Shown here: piece after piece, positions 12,539-25,375 of the stretch
Numbering within the stretch: position 1 is the stretch's first letter
Layout: every line of letters starts with the position of its first letter
Origin: Squalus acanthias
Taxonomy: Eukaryota
Reading direction: 5' to 3'
Assembly (NCBI GenBank): GCA_030390025.1
Contig: CM059433.1
Span: 22,198,001-22,262,000 of the forward strand
Length of the DNA stretch: 64,000 nt
Made by a program: the position numbers and the translations under genes
The notes under the pieces: generated by a model
The model's input: only the letters and a program-made list of their open reading frames with translations
Databases searched by the model: none
What the model was told of the DNA's origin: nothing

Positions 12539-13249
12539 GTCTGGGAGCAACTGGTCTGAGCAGACCCCTTGCAAGTCAGTACCAAGTCGTTGAGCACGTG
12601 CCACACCACTCCTTGTAGACTTTAGGCAACTTTAAATAAGTCTAGAAAGCACCAAACACTTCGACAAACTCAGCAACAGCTAGAAGAAATCAATCAGCAA
12701 CTAACCTGTAAGTAGGTGATGGTCCCTTTAAATAGCGTTGGTGGCGGCGGGGGGTCCTTCCAGCTGCTGAACAAATGTTCAGCTGTGCGAGGTTAAGAGA
12801 CGGCGTTAGCTCCAGCATTGACGTTGAAAATGGCAGCGCGGCCGTCAAATCAGCGTTACACTGGGTGCACGCTCCCAGCACTGATGCTAACACCCTCACC
12901 AAAATGACATCGGTGTGGCCCGCACCGTAAGTATGCACATGCTGCTACAGCGCCATTTTTGAGCCAATTCGGAACCTGTAGCGCCCAAACAACGGGTGCT
13001 CTGCAACCAAATTTTTATCCCAGGAAATTTCACGACATATCTTATTTCCAGCTAAGGCTTACAGATGATTTTATGTAAACAGAAGAGTAATGAAATATTT
13101 TGCATTATAAAAAGACACAAGTGACTCTATGAAATTCACAGCTTTTTTACGAACTAGAATTTTAAAAGCTTGAATGATTATATAAGGAGACAACTGTAAA
13201 GATCATGAAACTTGGTGGTTAATTAAGAGACAGCAGTTAATAATCTGCT

Positions 13250-14744
13250 AGAACATCAACATCCTGGGGGTCATCATTGACCAGAAACTTAACTGGACCA
13301 GCTACATACTGTACATACTGTGGCAACAAGAGCAGGTCAGAGTCTAGGGGCTGGATTTTCAATGACCCGTGGAGGTGGGGTGTGGGGGGGGGGGGGCGGT
13401 TAAAGTTGCAGATTCAGGGGTCCCGACTCCAACCCGCCTCCATGCCAGTTTCTCTGGCGGCGGGTACCCGACCTGGTCTGAGACCCGACTCCCCGAGGCG
13501 GGAAGGGATTAGTGACAATTAACTGCCTGTTAACAGGTAGTTTTTTGCATAATCCCTATTTTTAAAAGAAAAGTGTGGGCTTCCCGACAGGTGGCAACCA
13601 CTCCAAGTTATCGGGGCGGGCTGTGGGTCTGCAGGGGTTGGAGGGGTCGATATGTCCGGTGGGCAGGTGAGTGATGGGTGCATGTGTGCAGAGGTAAGTG
13701 TGTAAGGTAAGTGCTAAGTGTTGGAAAAAGTTTTACTTACCTTAACTTCCTCCTGCAGGTGTCAGCCCTTCAGTTCTCGGGAGTTAGAAATCGCACCGGC
13801 ACAGAAAGCAGGAAAGCCGTGGACCTGTCAAAAACAGCAGCCTTCTGTTTTCTGTGGTGGAATGATTTCTAACTCAGCCTGAAAGGAAGGACTGAAGTTA
13901 GAAATCATATTGTGAGTGTTTGACAGCTTCACAGAGCTGTCAAACGCTGATATTTCATCTGTCAAAAGCTCTTGACAGATGAAATGTCAGTCTGTGACGT
14001 CACCTGTAGCCGGGTGGCCCTTAATTGGCCTGCTGAGCCCACTGGGCGGGCTCAACAAGGTCAATCAAGGGAAAATACAGTGGGTTGGCCACATCTCGAT
14101 GGAGGCGGGTTCACAAGCCAGAATGTGCGATTCCCGACTCCAACTTCAATATCCAGCCCTAGGTATTCTGCGGCGACTGTCTCACCTCCTGACTCCCCAA
14201 AGCCTTTCCACCATCTACAAGGCACAAGTAAGGAGTGTGATGGAATACTCTCCACTTGCCTGGACGAGTGCAGCTCCAACAACACTCAAGAAGCTCAAAA
14301 CCATCCAGGACAAAGCAGCCCGCTTGATTGGCACCCCGTCCACCACCTTAAACATTCACTCCCTCCACCACCGGCATACCGTGGCTGCAGTGTGTACCAT
14401 CTACAAGATGCACAGCAGCAACTCGCAAAGGCTTCTACGGCAACACCTCCCAAACCCGCGACCTCTACCACCTAGAAGGACAAGGGCAGCAGGCGCATGG
14501 GAACACCACTTCCAAGTCACACACCATCCTGACTTGGAAGTATATCACCATTCCTTCATCGTCGCTGGGTCAAAATCCTGGAACTCCCTCCCTAACAGCA
14601 TTGTGGGAGTACCTTCACCACACGGACTGCAGCAGTTCAAGAAGGTGGTTCACCTCCACCTCCTCAAGGGCAACTGGGGATGGGCAATAAATGCTGGCCT
14701 TGCCAGTGGTGCCCACATCCCATGAATGAACTTTAAAAAAAAAA
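13250..14744 (+). mobile_element. CR1-group LINE 3' fragment split by a MITE, with A-tail
   Basis: INILGVIIDQKLNWTS..ATRAGQS|LGILRRLSHLLTPQSLSTIYKAQVRSVMEYSPLAW..IQDKAARLI; the frame is restored when 13348-14162 is removed; A-run at ~14734-14743. Confidence 0.85.
13348..14159. mobile_element. Harbinger-type MITE (812 bp)
   Basis: TIRs GGGCTGGATTTTC / CAATATCCAGCCC (11/13); TAG duplicated at 13345-13347 and 14160-14162. Confidence 0.9.
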
Positions 14745-15037
14745 TCAGTTTTCAGGCCTGGATGCCTTCCAGTAGACAATCCAGGAGAAATGCCAATCTC
14801 CCTTGGAAGTGTTTGCTGAAAGAGCCCCCAGTTGATTTCAGCAAACTGGATCCCTGGTGAGTTTGCCGATACATAATGATAGGTTTCTGTGGATCAGAGA
14901 AAATTACATTGAATTGCAAAACGTTTCAATTTGCTGGGATATTTTTTTTAATTAATTGGACAGGGAAGTATTTCACACTCCAAATTCTTTTGCTCTCCGT
15001 GTACCGTTTTCAGGTGCTATCCAATTTTTAGCCCCTC

Positions 15038-15065
15038 AGTTCCGAGGGACTGCCTAAGAAGAAGA
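15038..15065 (+). mobile_element. 28-bp RTE LINE 3' tip insertion
   Basis: GTTCCGAGGGACTGCCTAAGAAGAAGA matches the RTE ends at ~43386 and ~58217; AGCCCCTC duplicated at 15030-15037 and 15066-15073. Confidence 0.85.
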
Positions 15066-15139
15066 AGCCCCTCGTCTTTAATATTTTTGAGCCAATGTTT
15101 CTAAACAAACCGAAGCTAATAACTAATATATATCTGCTT

Positions 15140-16490
15140 GCATCTTGACATTTTGAGGAGGGAATTTTGAACAAGGTGGAGATTATTGAGGTTTGAAGAA
15201 TGGGACCCCAGCAAGGAAGACTTTGAAGAAATCAAGTCTAAAGGTGACAAAAGCATAGATGAGAATTTCACCAGTGGAGTGGCTGAGGTAGGAGTGAAGG
15301 TTGGAATGCTGTGGAGATAAGGCTGGGCATTCTTGGTGATGGAAAGGATGTGAGGTTTGAAGCTCAGCCTGCCTTGGTTCAGCCTGCCTTTGTTCAGCCT
15401 ATGCGAATGTCTGGGAAGTGGGGGTGGAATCAGTGGCAAGGAAGTAGAAATTGTTGGCAAAATTGATGTCTTCAGTCTTCCCGATGTTCAACTGGAGGAC
15501 ATTTTATTCCATGGCCTCATGTCAGACTGGAAAGCTCCAAAGTGATAGTGGGTTCGAGGGAAGCAGTGGAGAGTGGGTTTCATCAGCATACATATGGAAA
15601 CTGATTCTGTGCCTGTGGGTGATGTCACTGAGGACAGCATGTGGGTAATATCGCCGAGGACAGCATGTAGTTGAGGGAGTGGAAGGAGCCAAGAATAGAT
15701 CCCTGGCGGGCTCCAGAGATAAAGGTGCATGAGTGAGAAGAGAAGCCATCTGCTGAAGATCCATTGACACTGTTTGGACAATGAAGAAGAGACCCACATG
15801 AGAGCAGTGCCACGGAGCTGGACAGCAGAGGAGAGGTGATGGAGGAAATGGCATGGCCAACGATAATGAAAGCTGTGGAGACATTGAGGAGATATAATGC
15901 ATTATGGTCACCGTCACAGCAGATGTTATTCATGACTTTAGCCAAGGGAGTCTTGATGCTATGAGAATGGCAAAGACTGGACTTGAGAGACTTCAAGAGC
16001 GAGCTTTGGAAGCAATGAGAGGGAGCTGGGAGGTGTTAACACAGTCAAGAAGCTTAGAGATGAAAGTGAGCTGAGAGATAGGGTGGTAACTGGAGAGGAT
16101 GGATGGCGAGGATTTTTTTGAGGAGGGTGTGATGATGTAGCATGGGGGTGTTGCAAGAAGGGGGTGCAGTTGAATGATCAGAAATTAAGTGAGGTGGGGC
16201 TTCAAGAGAGCAGGAAGTGGGTCTCACGGAAGAGTTGAGTTTAGAGTGGACAGCGGAGAGGTGGGAGAGAAACTGTAGAGGCAGGGGATCAGGGCTAGAA
16301 TAGGTGGGAGACTGGAGGATGGTTAGGAGTAAGGGGACGAGGAATTGGGAGGTAATGGCAGAGGCAGCTGTCTGGTAGGTCTCAGTCTTAGAGGAGAAGA
16401 AGCCCATGAGTTCTTTGAACTTTGATTTGAAGTGAAGGCAAAGGGCTTGGAGAAAAGGAGCTTGAGGAGTGTGGGTTATCCCTGTCCTAG
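15140..16490 (-). mobile_element. Old, degraded L2 LINE (RT region)
   Basis: Remnants HSIKTPLAKVMNNICCD..LLNVSTAF..VGH, SGARQGSILG and FHMYADET (YADD-like) on the minus strand, with many frameshifts. Confidence 0.8.
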
Positions 16491-18126
16491 AACATTCCAA
16501 TACCAAACCTAGAACTTTCCAGTCTGGCATCACACCACACCTTTCACTTGCTCACCAAGCCATAAGGTAAATGTATATTTTTAAATTTCTTATCTTCCTC
16601 TCATTAGGACTCCCTGAGATACACATCTTTCTTATTTGAGGGTGGGCAAGTAACATGCTATGTGGCCTCTACTCACACTGCCGCATGGTGTTAGAGATGT
16701 GTAAGTAAATGACTCAGCCTCAGATTTTCCGCCGTCATCTATAGATTTGTGTTTGGCCTCCTTTTGGAGCGCTCGACCCTACTGCATCACCATTATTGTG
16801 AGAATACATTATACCATTATTCGGTACAGGGCGTGCAATCCTCCCCACTGGATTTTCCATTCCACACTCCATGCAAGTGATGCCCAGATAGTAAAGATAT
16901 AAATCTACCTCAGTGATGGTGAGATGGGTGGGAGGGAAAACTGGGTGGAAATTCACCACAGGGCCATTCGTGTATGCCGTCTGGTGGTAGACCGAAATTG
17001 ACAATTATGCTGACCTCGAAGAAGACTGCCTGCTCGTCCTGTAGGATGCAGGAATGCAGGGCTCGGGCGCAAACCCCTACAGGAGAAAATGGGGTGGGGG
17101 AGGGGTGTCGGAAATGGGCATACATCCTGATAGGAGAGTGAACTCCCTCTCAGAAATCTTAATCAATGAAGAAAGTAAAATACTAGAATGATTGCAAGTG
17201 TTATTGTGTAGAATATAGATTCAACTATAGCTTTAGAATAGGTATACCACGTGTAATTGTAATCTGATCTCTCTACTGAGGTAGGACACAGAAGCTGTAG
17301 GACGTGTGCAATGCTGAATAACTGCGAGGATTGCCAAGCTAAGTTCCAAACACTCTGGGGAAAGGCAGAAAAGCCTGAGCAATTGAGTAGAGACGATAGA
17401 GCTGATATGGTGCAAATATTTGATGTAAGGGTACAGAGAATTGGTAATGAATTATTCATTGGCCATAATATGTGGAAAATAATCTAGTTGTCCTTGTGGA
17501 CTTATGCAAAAAATTAGAATAAACACTACTGTATTTATGTGCATTAGTCATCCTTGTTAATAAGCAATATATCTTTAATGCATGCAATTATGTCTCAGTA
17601 ATACTGTTCCAGTACCTGCATGACAATGTGCTTTCAAAGCCAGATAATTTACTCTGCTAGTAATAATTACAATACTAGCCGATCTTTCCTGGCATTATCC
17701 GCAGTGAGCCTGATGCCATGATGTTGCAAGGGGGGAGAATGTTGGGGTCAAGTCGTGGAGCAGGGATGCAAATGGCCACCGGGCGGATATAGAAGGAGGT
17801 TTGAGAGAGAAGGGCACAGAAGATGTAAAATAAGTTTGCCCTTAAAATCCTTGGGATACGAGTCCGGTGGGTGAGCAAGGACTGTAGTGCCCGCCGATAG
17901 CCTCCAGCACGAGTTTGCCAGGTCAGTGGGAGGGCATCTAATTTGCATGGGGCAGCTGGACGCATGCATGCACAAATTATAGATGCATCCCCAACACCCA
18001 CCTGTCCCAAGCAGTTGGAAAATATAGCACCTGCCTGCCATTGTGGGGGCTGTTACCAAACACGCTTCCCCCCACCCCAGCCATGCCCCCCACCTCCCCT
18101 GCCCCCGCTCCCTGTTTCTTCCAGGA

Positions 18127-18476
18127 ACCCACGCGGCAGCCAATTTGCGCACAGCAAGCTCCCACAAACTGCAATGCGATAAATGATCAGATAATCTGTT
18201 TTAGTGATGTTGATTGAGGGATAATTATTGGCCAGGACACCGGGGATAAGTCCCCTGCTCTTCTTCGAAATAGTGCCGTCGGATGTTTTTACATCCACCT
18301 GGGAGAGCAGATGGGGCCTCGGTTTAAGAATGACACCTCCGACAGTGCAGCACTCCCTCAGTACTACACTGGAGTGTCAGCCTAGATTTTTGTGCTCAAG
18401 TCTCTGGAGTGGGACTCGAACCCTACAACCTTCTGACTCAGAGGAGAGGGTGCTTCCAACTGAGCCACAGCTGACA
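18127..18476 (-). mobile_element. tRNA-derived Deu-domain SINE (SacSINE1/AmnSINE1-like), 3'-truncated
   Basis: A box TGGCTCAGTTGG and B box GGTTCGAGTCC on the minus strand; body collinear with 29092-29592. Confidence 0.9.
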
Positions 18477-18719
18477 CTATTCTAGGAATATAACAAAAGA
18501 CAAATTCTACCGACAGTCTGAGTGAAAGTCCACTATCAAGCTAACTAATCCCGAATTAGCAATTCTCAGTGCCCTGACATCAAATATTTGCATCTTATCA
18601 GCTCTATGTTTTGTACTCTGAGGAAGGGACAATGAGATAGATTTTCAACTTGCTGTCCAGGCATTAAACAGGTGTTACGGATTGACCAGTGACGCCCACA
18701 TCCCAAGAATATATCGCAA

Positions 18720-20120
18720 AATTGGAGCACGTGTGTTTGGGCGCAGGTGGGGCGTGAAAACCAGGGAAACTGACAGCACATCGGGAAGCCGGCTCCAACC
18801 CACCGACTTCTTCCAATTAACATGTTAATTGCTCAATTAGAGCGATATTTACACACATTTGACTTTAACGTCGGGTCTGCGGGTTTCTAGGGCTTCCTGA
18901 AACTCGCCAGTGAAGGCAAGGCAAGAACGCAGTGGCAATTGCGGGGACCAATCCATCTCATAGAAATATGGCAATAAATACTCAGTACTCACAGCTGCCT
19001 GGCCTGCTGAGTTTTTCCAGGGTTTTCTGTTGTTATTTCGGATTTCCAGCATCCGCAGTATTTTGCTATCACTCACAGCTGCTTTCTTGCTTACTGGTGG
19101 GTTAGTGTTTGGTCACAGTACTTTTGCTGAGAGGTTATTTTCTACACTTTGGAGGTTTCTTCCAGCACATCAGGATGGGTGGTGCTTTGGCTGCCTTAGA
19201 CTGGACTTCAGATAAGGACCAAGATGACCAGCAACAGCAGCAGCAACAGCACAGCAGTCTGCTGGTCACAGACCTGTAGCTGCACAGGAGATATGGGAGC
19301 AGCAGAGAGAGGAGCAGCAGAGGGGTGCAGATCGCAGGAGGCACTACCCGCGAAACAGGGTCTACAGGCAAAGGCTCATTTCCCTTGACATGTCTGAACA
19401 GCAGTGTCTCAGGCTGTCACGTCAGGTGGTGGCAGACATCTGCAGCCTCCTAGAAGAAGACCTGCTTCCTGCTGGATCTGGTGACCGCACTTTACCAGTG
19501 GCTGTCAAAGCCACCACCGCCCTCAACTTTTTTGCCTCCAGATCCTTCCAGTGTGCTGCCGCTGACATATCCAGGACCTCCCTCTCTCCCTGGTGTACTG
19601 TGCTCTCTTCTCCTGCAACGAGGGAAAGAACAGGCCTATGAGTGCATGTAATGGCATGTTTTCAGCCAATGGATGGAGTTCATTTTGTGAGGTTGATTAT
19701 CAGGGAGGGGCATGAATTTCCATAAGAATGAGAGTGAGTGGGAGTGGTGGATGGATAGATGGGGATGTGAGGAAGTGCATAGACAGAGAAGTGAGGGGTT
19801 GGGGTGATGCACACAGCAGGATGTAGGTGAAAGTGCAAGTGTACTCATCTTTCCTGATGTAGTTAGGTCATTAAACTGCTTCCTGCACTGCATCCAGGAA
19901 TGTGGCACTAGGCTCCTGCTGCGGACCTCCTGGGCAACCTCCAACCATGCCTTCTTTGTCTCTGACACAGGTTTCTTCCTCCCACTACTGGCGACTAGTG
20001 TGTCCCTGCAGCTCCTCACAGCCCCCAGCAGCATATCAAGGGAGGCATCAGTAAATCGGGATGCAGCTTTGGAACGTCTCAACTCCATTCTTTAACATCC
20101 TCCTCTCTTGTTTCCAACTA
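18720..20120. mobile_element. Internally deleted Harbinger: transposase N-terminus (+, ~19175-19620) and Myb exon 1 (-, ~19849-20088)
   Basis: [87 protein letters not shown]. Confidence 0.85.
18999..19070 (+). mobile_element. 72-bp retroelement 3' tip (recalled as the end of a second Penelope-type family)
   Basis: ACTCACAGCTGC duplicated at 18987-18998 and 19071-19082. The family assignment is from memory only. Confidence 0.55.
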
Positions 20121-20365
20121 GGATATGGCGGACATGTTGAATAATTACTTGGCGTCAGTATTTACAGTGGAGGAAGAGGATAGCATGACGGACATCCCAA
20201 GGAAACTAATATTGAATCAGGGACGGGGACTCACCAAAATTAACGTAAGCAAAATAGCAGTAATGAAGAAAGTAATGGCACTAAAGAGTGACAAATCCCC
20301 AGCGCTAGATGGTTTCCATCCCAGGGTTTTAAAGGAAGTAGGAGAGAACATTGCAAATACCCAGA
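20121..20365 (+). mobile_element. CR1 LINE ORF2 fragment
   Basis: MADMLNNYLASVFTVE..LKSDKSPALDGFHPRVLKEV. Confidence 0.9.
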
Positions 20366-20592
20366 AGTAAAATGATAATGAGGTGACAGATGCGCTGAAC
20401 ATACTTCTGGGTTTCCCACATGATGTCGCCGCCTTACCCTCCCCCCCCCCACCCTCCCCCGCCCCCAGTTCCCAACACGTCTCCCAGCTAATATTGAGGC
20501 CAATACCTCTTCACAAAGCCTTTCAGAATTTGAAGACATGGTTTGCCATGTTAATGCAGAGATGTGTAGGTTGTATATGAGTAGGCCAAGAT

Positions 20593-21067
20593 CATAAGGA
20601 AATAAGATTTAGTAGCAGGAGTAGGCCACATGGCCCCTCGAGCCTGCTCCGCCATTCAGTAAGATCATGGATGATCTTCAACCTCAACTCCACTTTCCCA
20701 CCCGATCCCCATATCCCTTGATTCCCCTAGAGTTCAAAAATCTATCTATCTCAGCCTTGAATATACTCAATGATTCAGCATCCACAGCCCTTTGGGGCAG
20801 AGAATTCCAAAGATTCACGACCCTCTGAGTGAAGAAATTCCTCCTCATCTCAGTCTTAAATGGCCTATCCCTTATCCTGAGACTGTGCACCGTAGCTCTA
20901 GACTCTCTAGCCAGGGGAAACAACCTCTCAGCATCTACCCTGTCAATCCCCCTCAGAATCTTATATGTTTCAATGAGATCACCTCTCATTCTTCTAAACT
21001 CCAGAGAGTTTAGGCCCAATCTGCTCAATGTCTCCTCATAGGACAGCCCTCTCATCCCAGGAATCAA
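20593..21067 (-). mobile_element. CR1 LINE 3' end
   Basis: IPGMRGLSYEETLSRLGLNSLEFRRMRGDLIETYKIL..RRNFFTQRVVNLWNSLP, followed by the CR1 3' UTR. Confidence 0.95.
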
Positions 21068-22787
21068 TCATGATTTTGTTTTCTATATACTAATTTTTCT
21101 AAATTATTTTTACCATACATGCAGGGAGACCACTTTTGAGCTAAAGTTTTAACTTACTGCTCTTTTTAAGTCCACAGTTGCATTTTTTTTATTTTAGATT
21201 GCCCAGACTGTGGACTTTCCTGGTACCAATGTAGTCCCAGACTGTGTGGTCAGACACAGGTTCTCCCTCTGCTCTTTTTATTAAAAGTAAATGGTTAAAA
21301 ACAACCATTAAAAATACAGTTACAGGATTTGAATCATGAAAATCACGTGTGACTCAGTCGTTATAATTCGCTTGGTCATGTAGTGCTCACAGGTTACTTT
21401 AATGATATATTTTTTGTAATAGTCTGCTCTATCATGAATCCTCAATATCTTAGAAGGGTAAATCTCAATCTATCCAGGAATCTCCAAAGGCCAATATCAA
21501 ATTCAATATTCCTTCTGTTGCATCAAGATTATATAATTCTTGAGGAAATTATAGTTCTTGACCTCCAACCATAATACATCATGCAGGAGTTCCAAAGATC
21601 AATTCATTATTTGCCTTCCAGAATTTATTTTCATGTTCTGTTATTCATGCAATCTGCCAAGCTGTAAAATATAAGTTGTCTTCAGTTATGAAAGAGTCAT
21701 TCAGTTTTCCATTGATGTATCGACTATTAGTAATGCTTGTTAAATGTAATTATATTTTAAGGGGCAATGGGGGGGGGGAGAAATTGGGCTCATTATCGCC
21801 CATTTTTTGGGCATTACGAGACCCCTTAAGGATCCAAAATGGCGTCCGTGACACACTCGCACACTTCTGATGGGAAGTGCGCCAGACGCCATATTGGTAA
21901 AGGGGTTAGCGTCCACACACCTAACCTCCACCGGCATCATGCAGAGCAGGCAGATAATGACGTCAATCAGCGTTGCTCGTTGATTTGATGCCAGCGCTGC
22001 CATTTTGGAGCTCCTGCTACAGCCTGCGCCCTCTCTTAACCTTCCACAACTGAGCACGCATTCAACGGCATAAAGGACCCCCACCAGCACTATTTAAAGG
22101 GATCCTCAACTACTTCCAGGTGAGTTGCTGGATTATTTATTCTGGCTGTTGCTGGAATTCTACGCATTTTGGATGCTTTTCCATACTTGTTAAAAGTTTC
22201 AATAGTCTACAGGGATTGATCTGGCTGGTGCTGAAGTACTTTTCTGGTGACTTTAAGGGTTGAGAACAAATCATTTGCTTCCAGGCATGAGTGGCCTTCT
22301 CCTGGCATTGAGCATGAATGGGAGACTGAACAGAGGCCACGCAGAGCAGGACAAGCTGCTAGAAGAGGGAGGAGGAGGAAGGGGGAGAAGGGCTCTCAGC
22401 AGGAGGCCATATCTGTAGAGGGTTGCTAGACAGCAAATCTGTTGGAGAACAGATTGCTGGAGTGCTGTGATGCCCTGGAAGCTCCTTTGCACACTGGTAT
22501 CCCTATCAATGATGGCAGCAGTCTGAGCGTCCACTGCAGCACTCAGACATTGGGTGAATGCTGCTTGTGCTACAATGGAAGCTGAGACATTGACCCTCAG
22601 AAGCAGTATCATGGTTGGCTCCACAGGTGTGTAGATGGAGGTGGCCACCTATTCCATGTTAGAGAGGACAGGCTCCAAGCTCTGCGCAAAGCCCTGTGCC
22701 AAGTTGGTGCTGGACTCCTCCATGTTCCTTGACACTAATGTAGGCTTTCCAGCAGGTTTCTCAGTGCACCAAGTATTTGCACCAAGT

Positions 22788-24070
22788 AAATCATGCCTGA
22801 CTAATCTACTGGAATTTTTTGAGGATGTAACTGGTAGAATAGATAAGGGAGAACCAGTGGATGTGGTGTATTTGGACTTTCAGAAGGCTTTCGATAAGAT
22901 CGCGCATAAGAGATTAGCATGCAAAGTTAAAGCACATGGGATTGGGGGTAAGGTACTGATTTGGAAAGAGAACTGGTTGGCAGACAGGAAGCAAAGAGTT
23001 GGAATAAACGGATCTTTTTCCGAGTGGCAGGCAGTGACTAGTGGGGTACTGCAGGGATCGGTGCTAGGACCCCAGCTATTCACAATATATATTAATGATC
23101 TAGATGAGGGAACTAGATGTAATATCTCCAAGTTTGCAGATGACACAAAGCTGGGTGGGCGTGTGTGCTGTGAGGAGGATGCAGAGCAACTCCAGTATGA
23201 TTTGGACAAGTTGGGTGATTGGGCAGATGCATGGCAGATGCAGTATAATGTGGATAAATGCGAGGTTATCCACTTTGGTGGCAAAAACAGGAAGACAGAT
23301 TATTATCTGAATGGCAATAGATTGGGAAAAGGTGAAGTGCAACGAGATCTGGGAGTCCTTGTGCACCAGTCGCTGAAGGTAAGCATGCAGGTGCAGCAGG
23401 CGGTTAAGAAGGCAAATGGTATGTTGGCCTTCATAGCGAGAGGATTCGAGTACAGGAGCAAGGATGTCTTGCTGCAGTTGTACAAGGCCTTGGTGAGACC
23501 ACACCTTGAGTATTGTGTGCAGTTTTGGTCGCCTTATCTGAGGAAGGATGTTCTTGCCATGGAGGGAGTGCAGCGAAGATTTACCAGACTGATACCTGGG
23601 ATGGCAGGAATGACGTATGAAGAGCGATTGGGTCGATTAGGCTTATATTCGCTAGAGTTTAGAAGAATGAGAGGGGATCTCATTGAAAATTATAAAATTC
23701 TAACAGGACTAGACAGACTAGATGCAGGAAGGATGTTCCCGATGGCGGGGGAGTCCAGAACCAGGGGCACAGTCTAAGGATAAGGGGTAAGCCATTTAGG
23801 ACTGAGATGAGGAGGAATTTCTTCACCCAGAGAATGGTGAACCTGTGGAATTCTCTACCACAGAAGGTAGTTGAGGCCAAGTCATTAAATATATTCAAGA
23901 ATGAGTTAGATATATTTCTTAAAGCTAAAGGTATCAAGGGATATGGGGAGAAGGCAGATAGAGGGTACTGAGTTTGGTTGATCAGCCATGATCTCATCGA
24001 ATGGTGGAGCAGGCTCGAGGGGCCGAATGGCCTACTCCTGCTCCTATCTTCGATGCTTCTATGCTTCTAT
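22788..24070 (+). mobile_element. CR1 LINE, 5'-truncated (RT domain to 3' tail)
   Basis: KSCLTNLLEFF, YLDFQKAFD, GVLQGSVLGP, KFADDTKL, LVRPHLEYCVQFWSP; (CTTCTATG)-type tail. Confidence 0.97.
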
Positions 24071-24077
24071 TTGGGTA

Positions 24078-24168
24078 AAAAGTGAGAAGTCACACAACAC
24101 CAGGTTATAGTCCAACAGTTTTATTTGAAATCACAAGCTTTTGGAGCTGCTGCCCCTTCGTCAGGTGT
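24078..24168 (-). mobile_element. Penelope pLTR fragment with mutated hammerhead motif
   Basis: Matches 41597-41684; core CTGACGA intact but GAAA changed to AAAA. Confidence 0.9.
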
Positions 24169-25375
24169 GTACACCCATCAGCCTTCTTCTGTAGCCTGGC
24201 CCATCAAAGTCTTCTTCTGAGTCCTCTGCTGCAGAACTAGTGTGTGACCTCGCCCTCAAGTGAGCTGGCACCTGCGCTATCATTTCGTCCAGCCCTGGCT
24301 CCAGGGCACTTATGTCTCACCATGTGCAGATTCCACTTCTACTCTATCCTCTAAAGTATACACAGTGCCAGTATCTGAGCTGGTGGCTGCAACTGTGAAA
24401 TCGCATGATGGTGTCTCTTCATCTTCACTTTCTTCTGGCTCTTCCTCCACTGCCTGAACAGGTTCCAGTTCTTAAGTATCTGAAATGAAAAAGCGATAAG
24501 GGTTGGGTTATGGTGAGGGGAGAGGAGAAAGTAAGAAGTTCATGCTTACACCACCTGCAGCTTGTAAGTCAGAAGAGATTGAGGGATGAGGGAGAAGTGG
24601 GGTGAGAGATGAAGGATTAGGTATGAGGATACCGTCATCTTCAATGGATTCAGCCCCGCCAGTGGCCACGGCCTCAGCAATGGCCAGCACCATCTCCGCT
24701 GTGGGGGTTAGAACATGCAGGCTCACCTCTCTCCCTCCGGTTAGCTCCTGTTGCCTCCAGTTATGCACCACCTTCTCCTGCAAGAGAAAGCAGGAAGTGT
24801 GTCAGTGAGTGTCATGCAATAAGTTTTGGTGATGTGGCTGTCATAGTTGAATAGCTGCCAGTGTGTGCAAGCTTTGAGATGCGGGTGCGAGACTTGCAAC
24901 AGTGCTAAGTGTGTGAGGGTGTGGTAAAGGATATGAATGTTAGGTATGAGTCCTGATTGATAGAGATTGCTGGCAGCTGAGAGATGGGGGTGTGGTGATT
25001 TGAGCAGTAGCTGAGGCTAGTGGTGCAGTTGGTAGGATATGGCCTTTGAAGATGCACTCACTGACCATGACAACTTGTGTGAGATCATTAAACTTCTTCC
25101 TTCACTGGTCCTTGGGGCTACACTTCTGGCATTGACCTCCACCGCTATCTCTTGCCATTGCCTTCTCATTGTGTGTCTGGAGGGCCTCTGGCCCCCTGAG
25201 GATATAGGACATCTCTCCTTCTTTTCACCTTTTCCACCAAGTCCTCCAGTGCAGCATTCGAAAACCTTGGTGCCAGCTTTCTCCTATTGTGCGGCTTGCA
25301 TGCTGTGTCATTGTAATGAAAATCTCCCTAAACCTTAAGGAAGGCTCTCCAAATACTTTTGTTCACAAATACGAT

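Larger units (their letters stand above)
6625..13021. mobile_element. Large Harbinger element (possibly composite): Myb/SANT gene on +, transposase on -, interrupted by two solo LTRs
   Basis: Convergent two-gene layout; terminus-like GGGGTAGAATTG at 6625 and CCAAATTTTTATCCC ending 13021 (no matching TSD). Homologous in reverse to 21769-25340. Confidence 0.8.
21769..25340. mobile_element. Harbinger element with deleted transposase and three-exon Myb gene (-), interrupted by CR1 and a Penelope pLTR
   Basis: 21769-22420 is homologous to the reverse of 12400-13021 (RRAGQAARRGRRR). Myb exon 3 at 22420-22780 and 24168-24480, exon 2 QEKVVHNWRQQELTGG at ~24630-24780, exon 1 at ~25060-25290. Confidence 0.85.

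Noticed and set aside
6625..13021. Treating 6625 and 13021 as a proven TIR pair
   Set aside because: The termini match only loosely and the flanks differ (AAT vs AGG); they may belong to two elements.
13979..14725. 248-aa ORF
   Set aside because: MITE sequence reading into a LINE ORF2 remnant.
17263..17488. Open frame with Cys pairs (SCRTC..NCEDC)
   Set aside because: No splice signals or recognisable family; the DNA resembles a very decayed CR1 3' region.
22635..23777. 380-aa ORF as a host or novel fusion gene
   Set aside because: Chance read-through from antisense Harbinger sequence into a 5'-truncated CR1 RT, which is frameshifted near its end.
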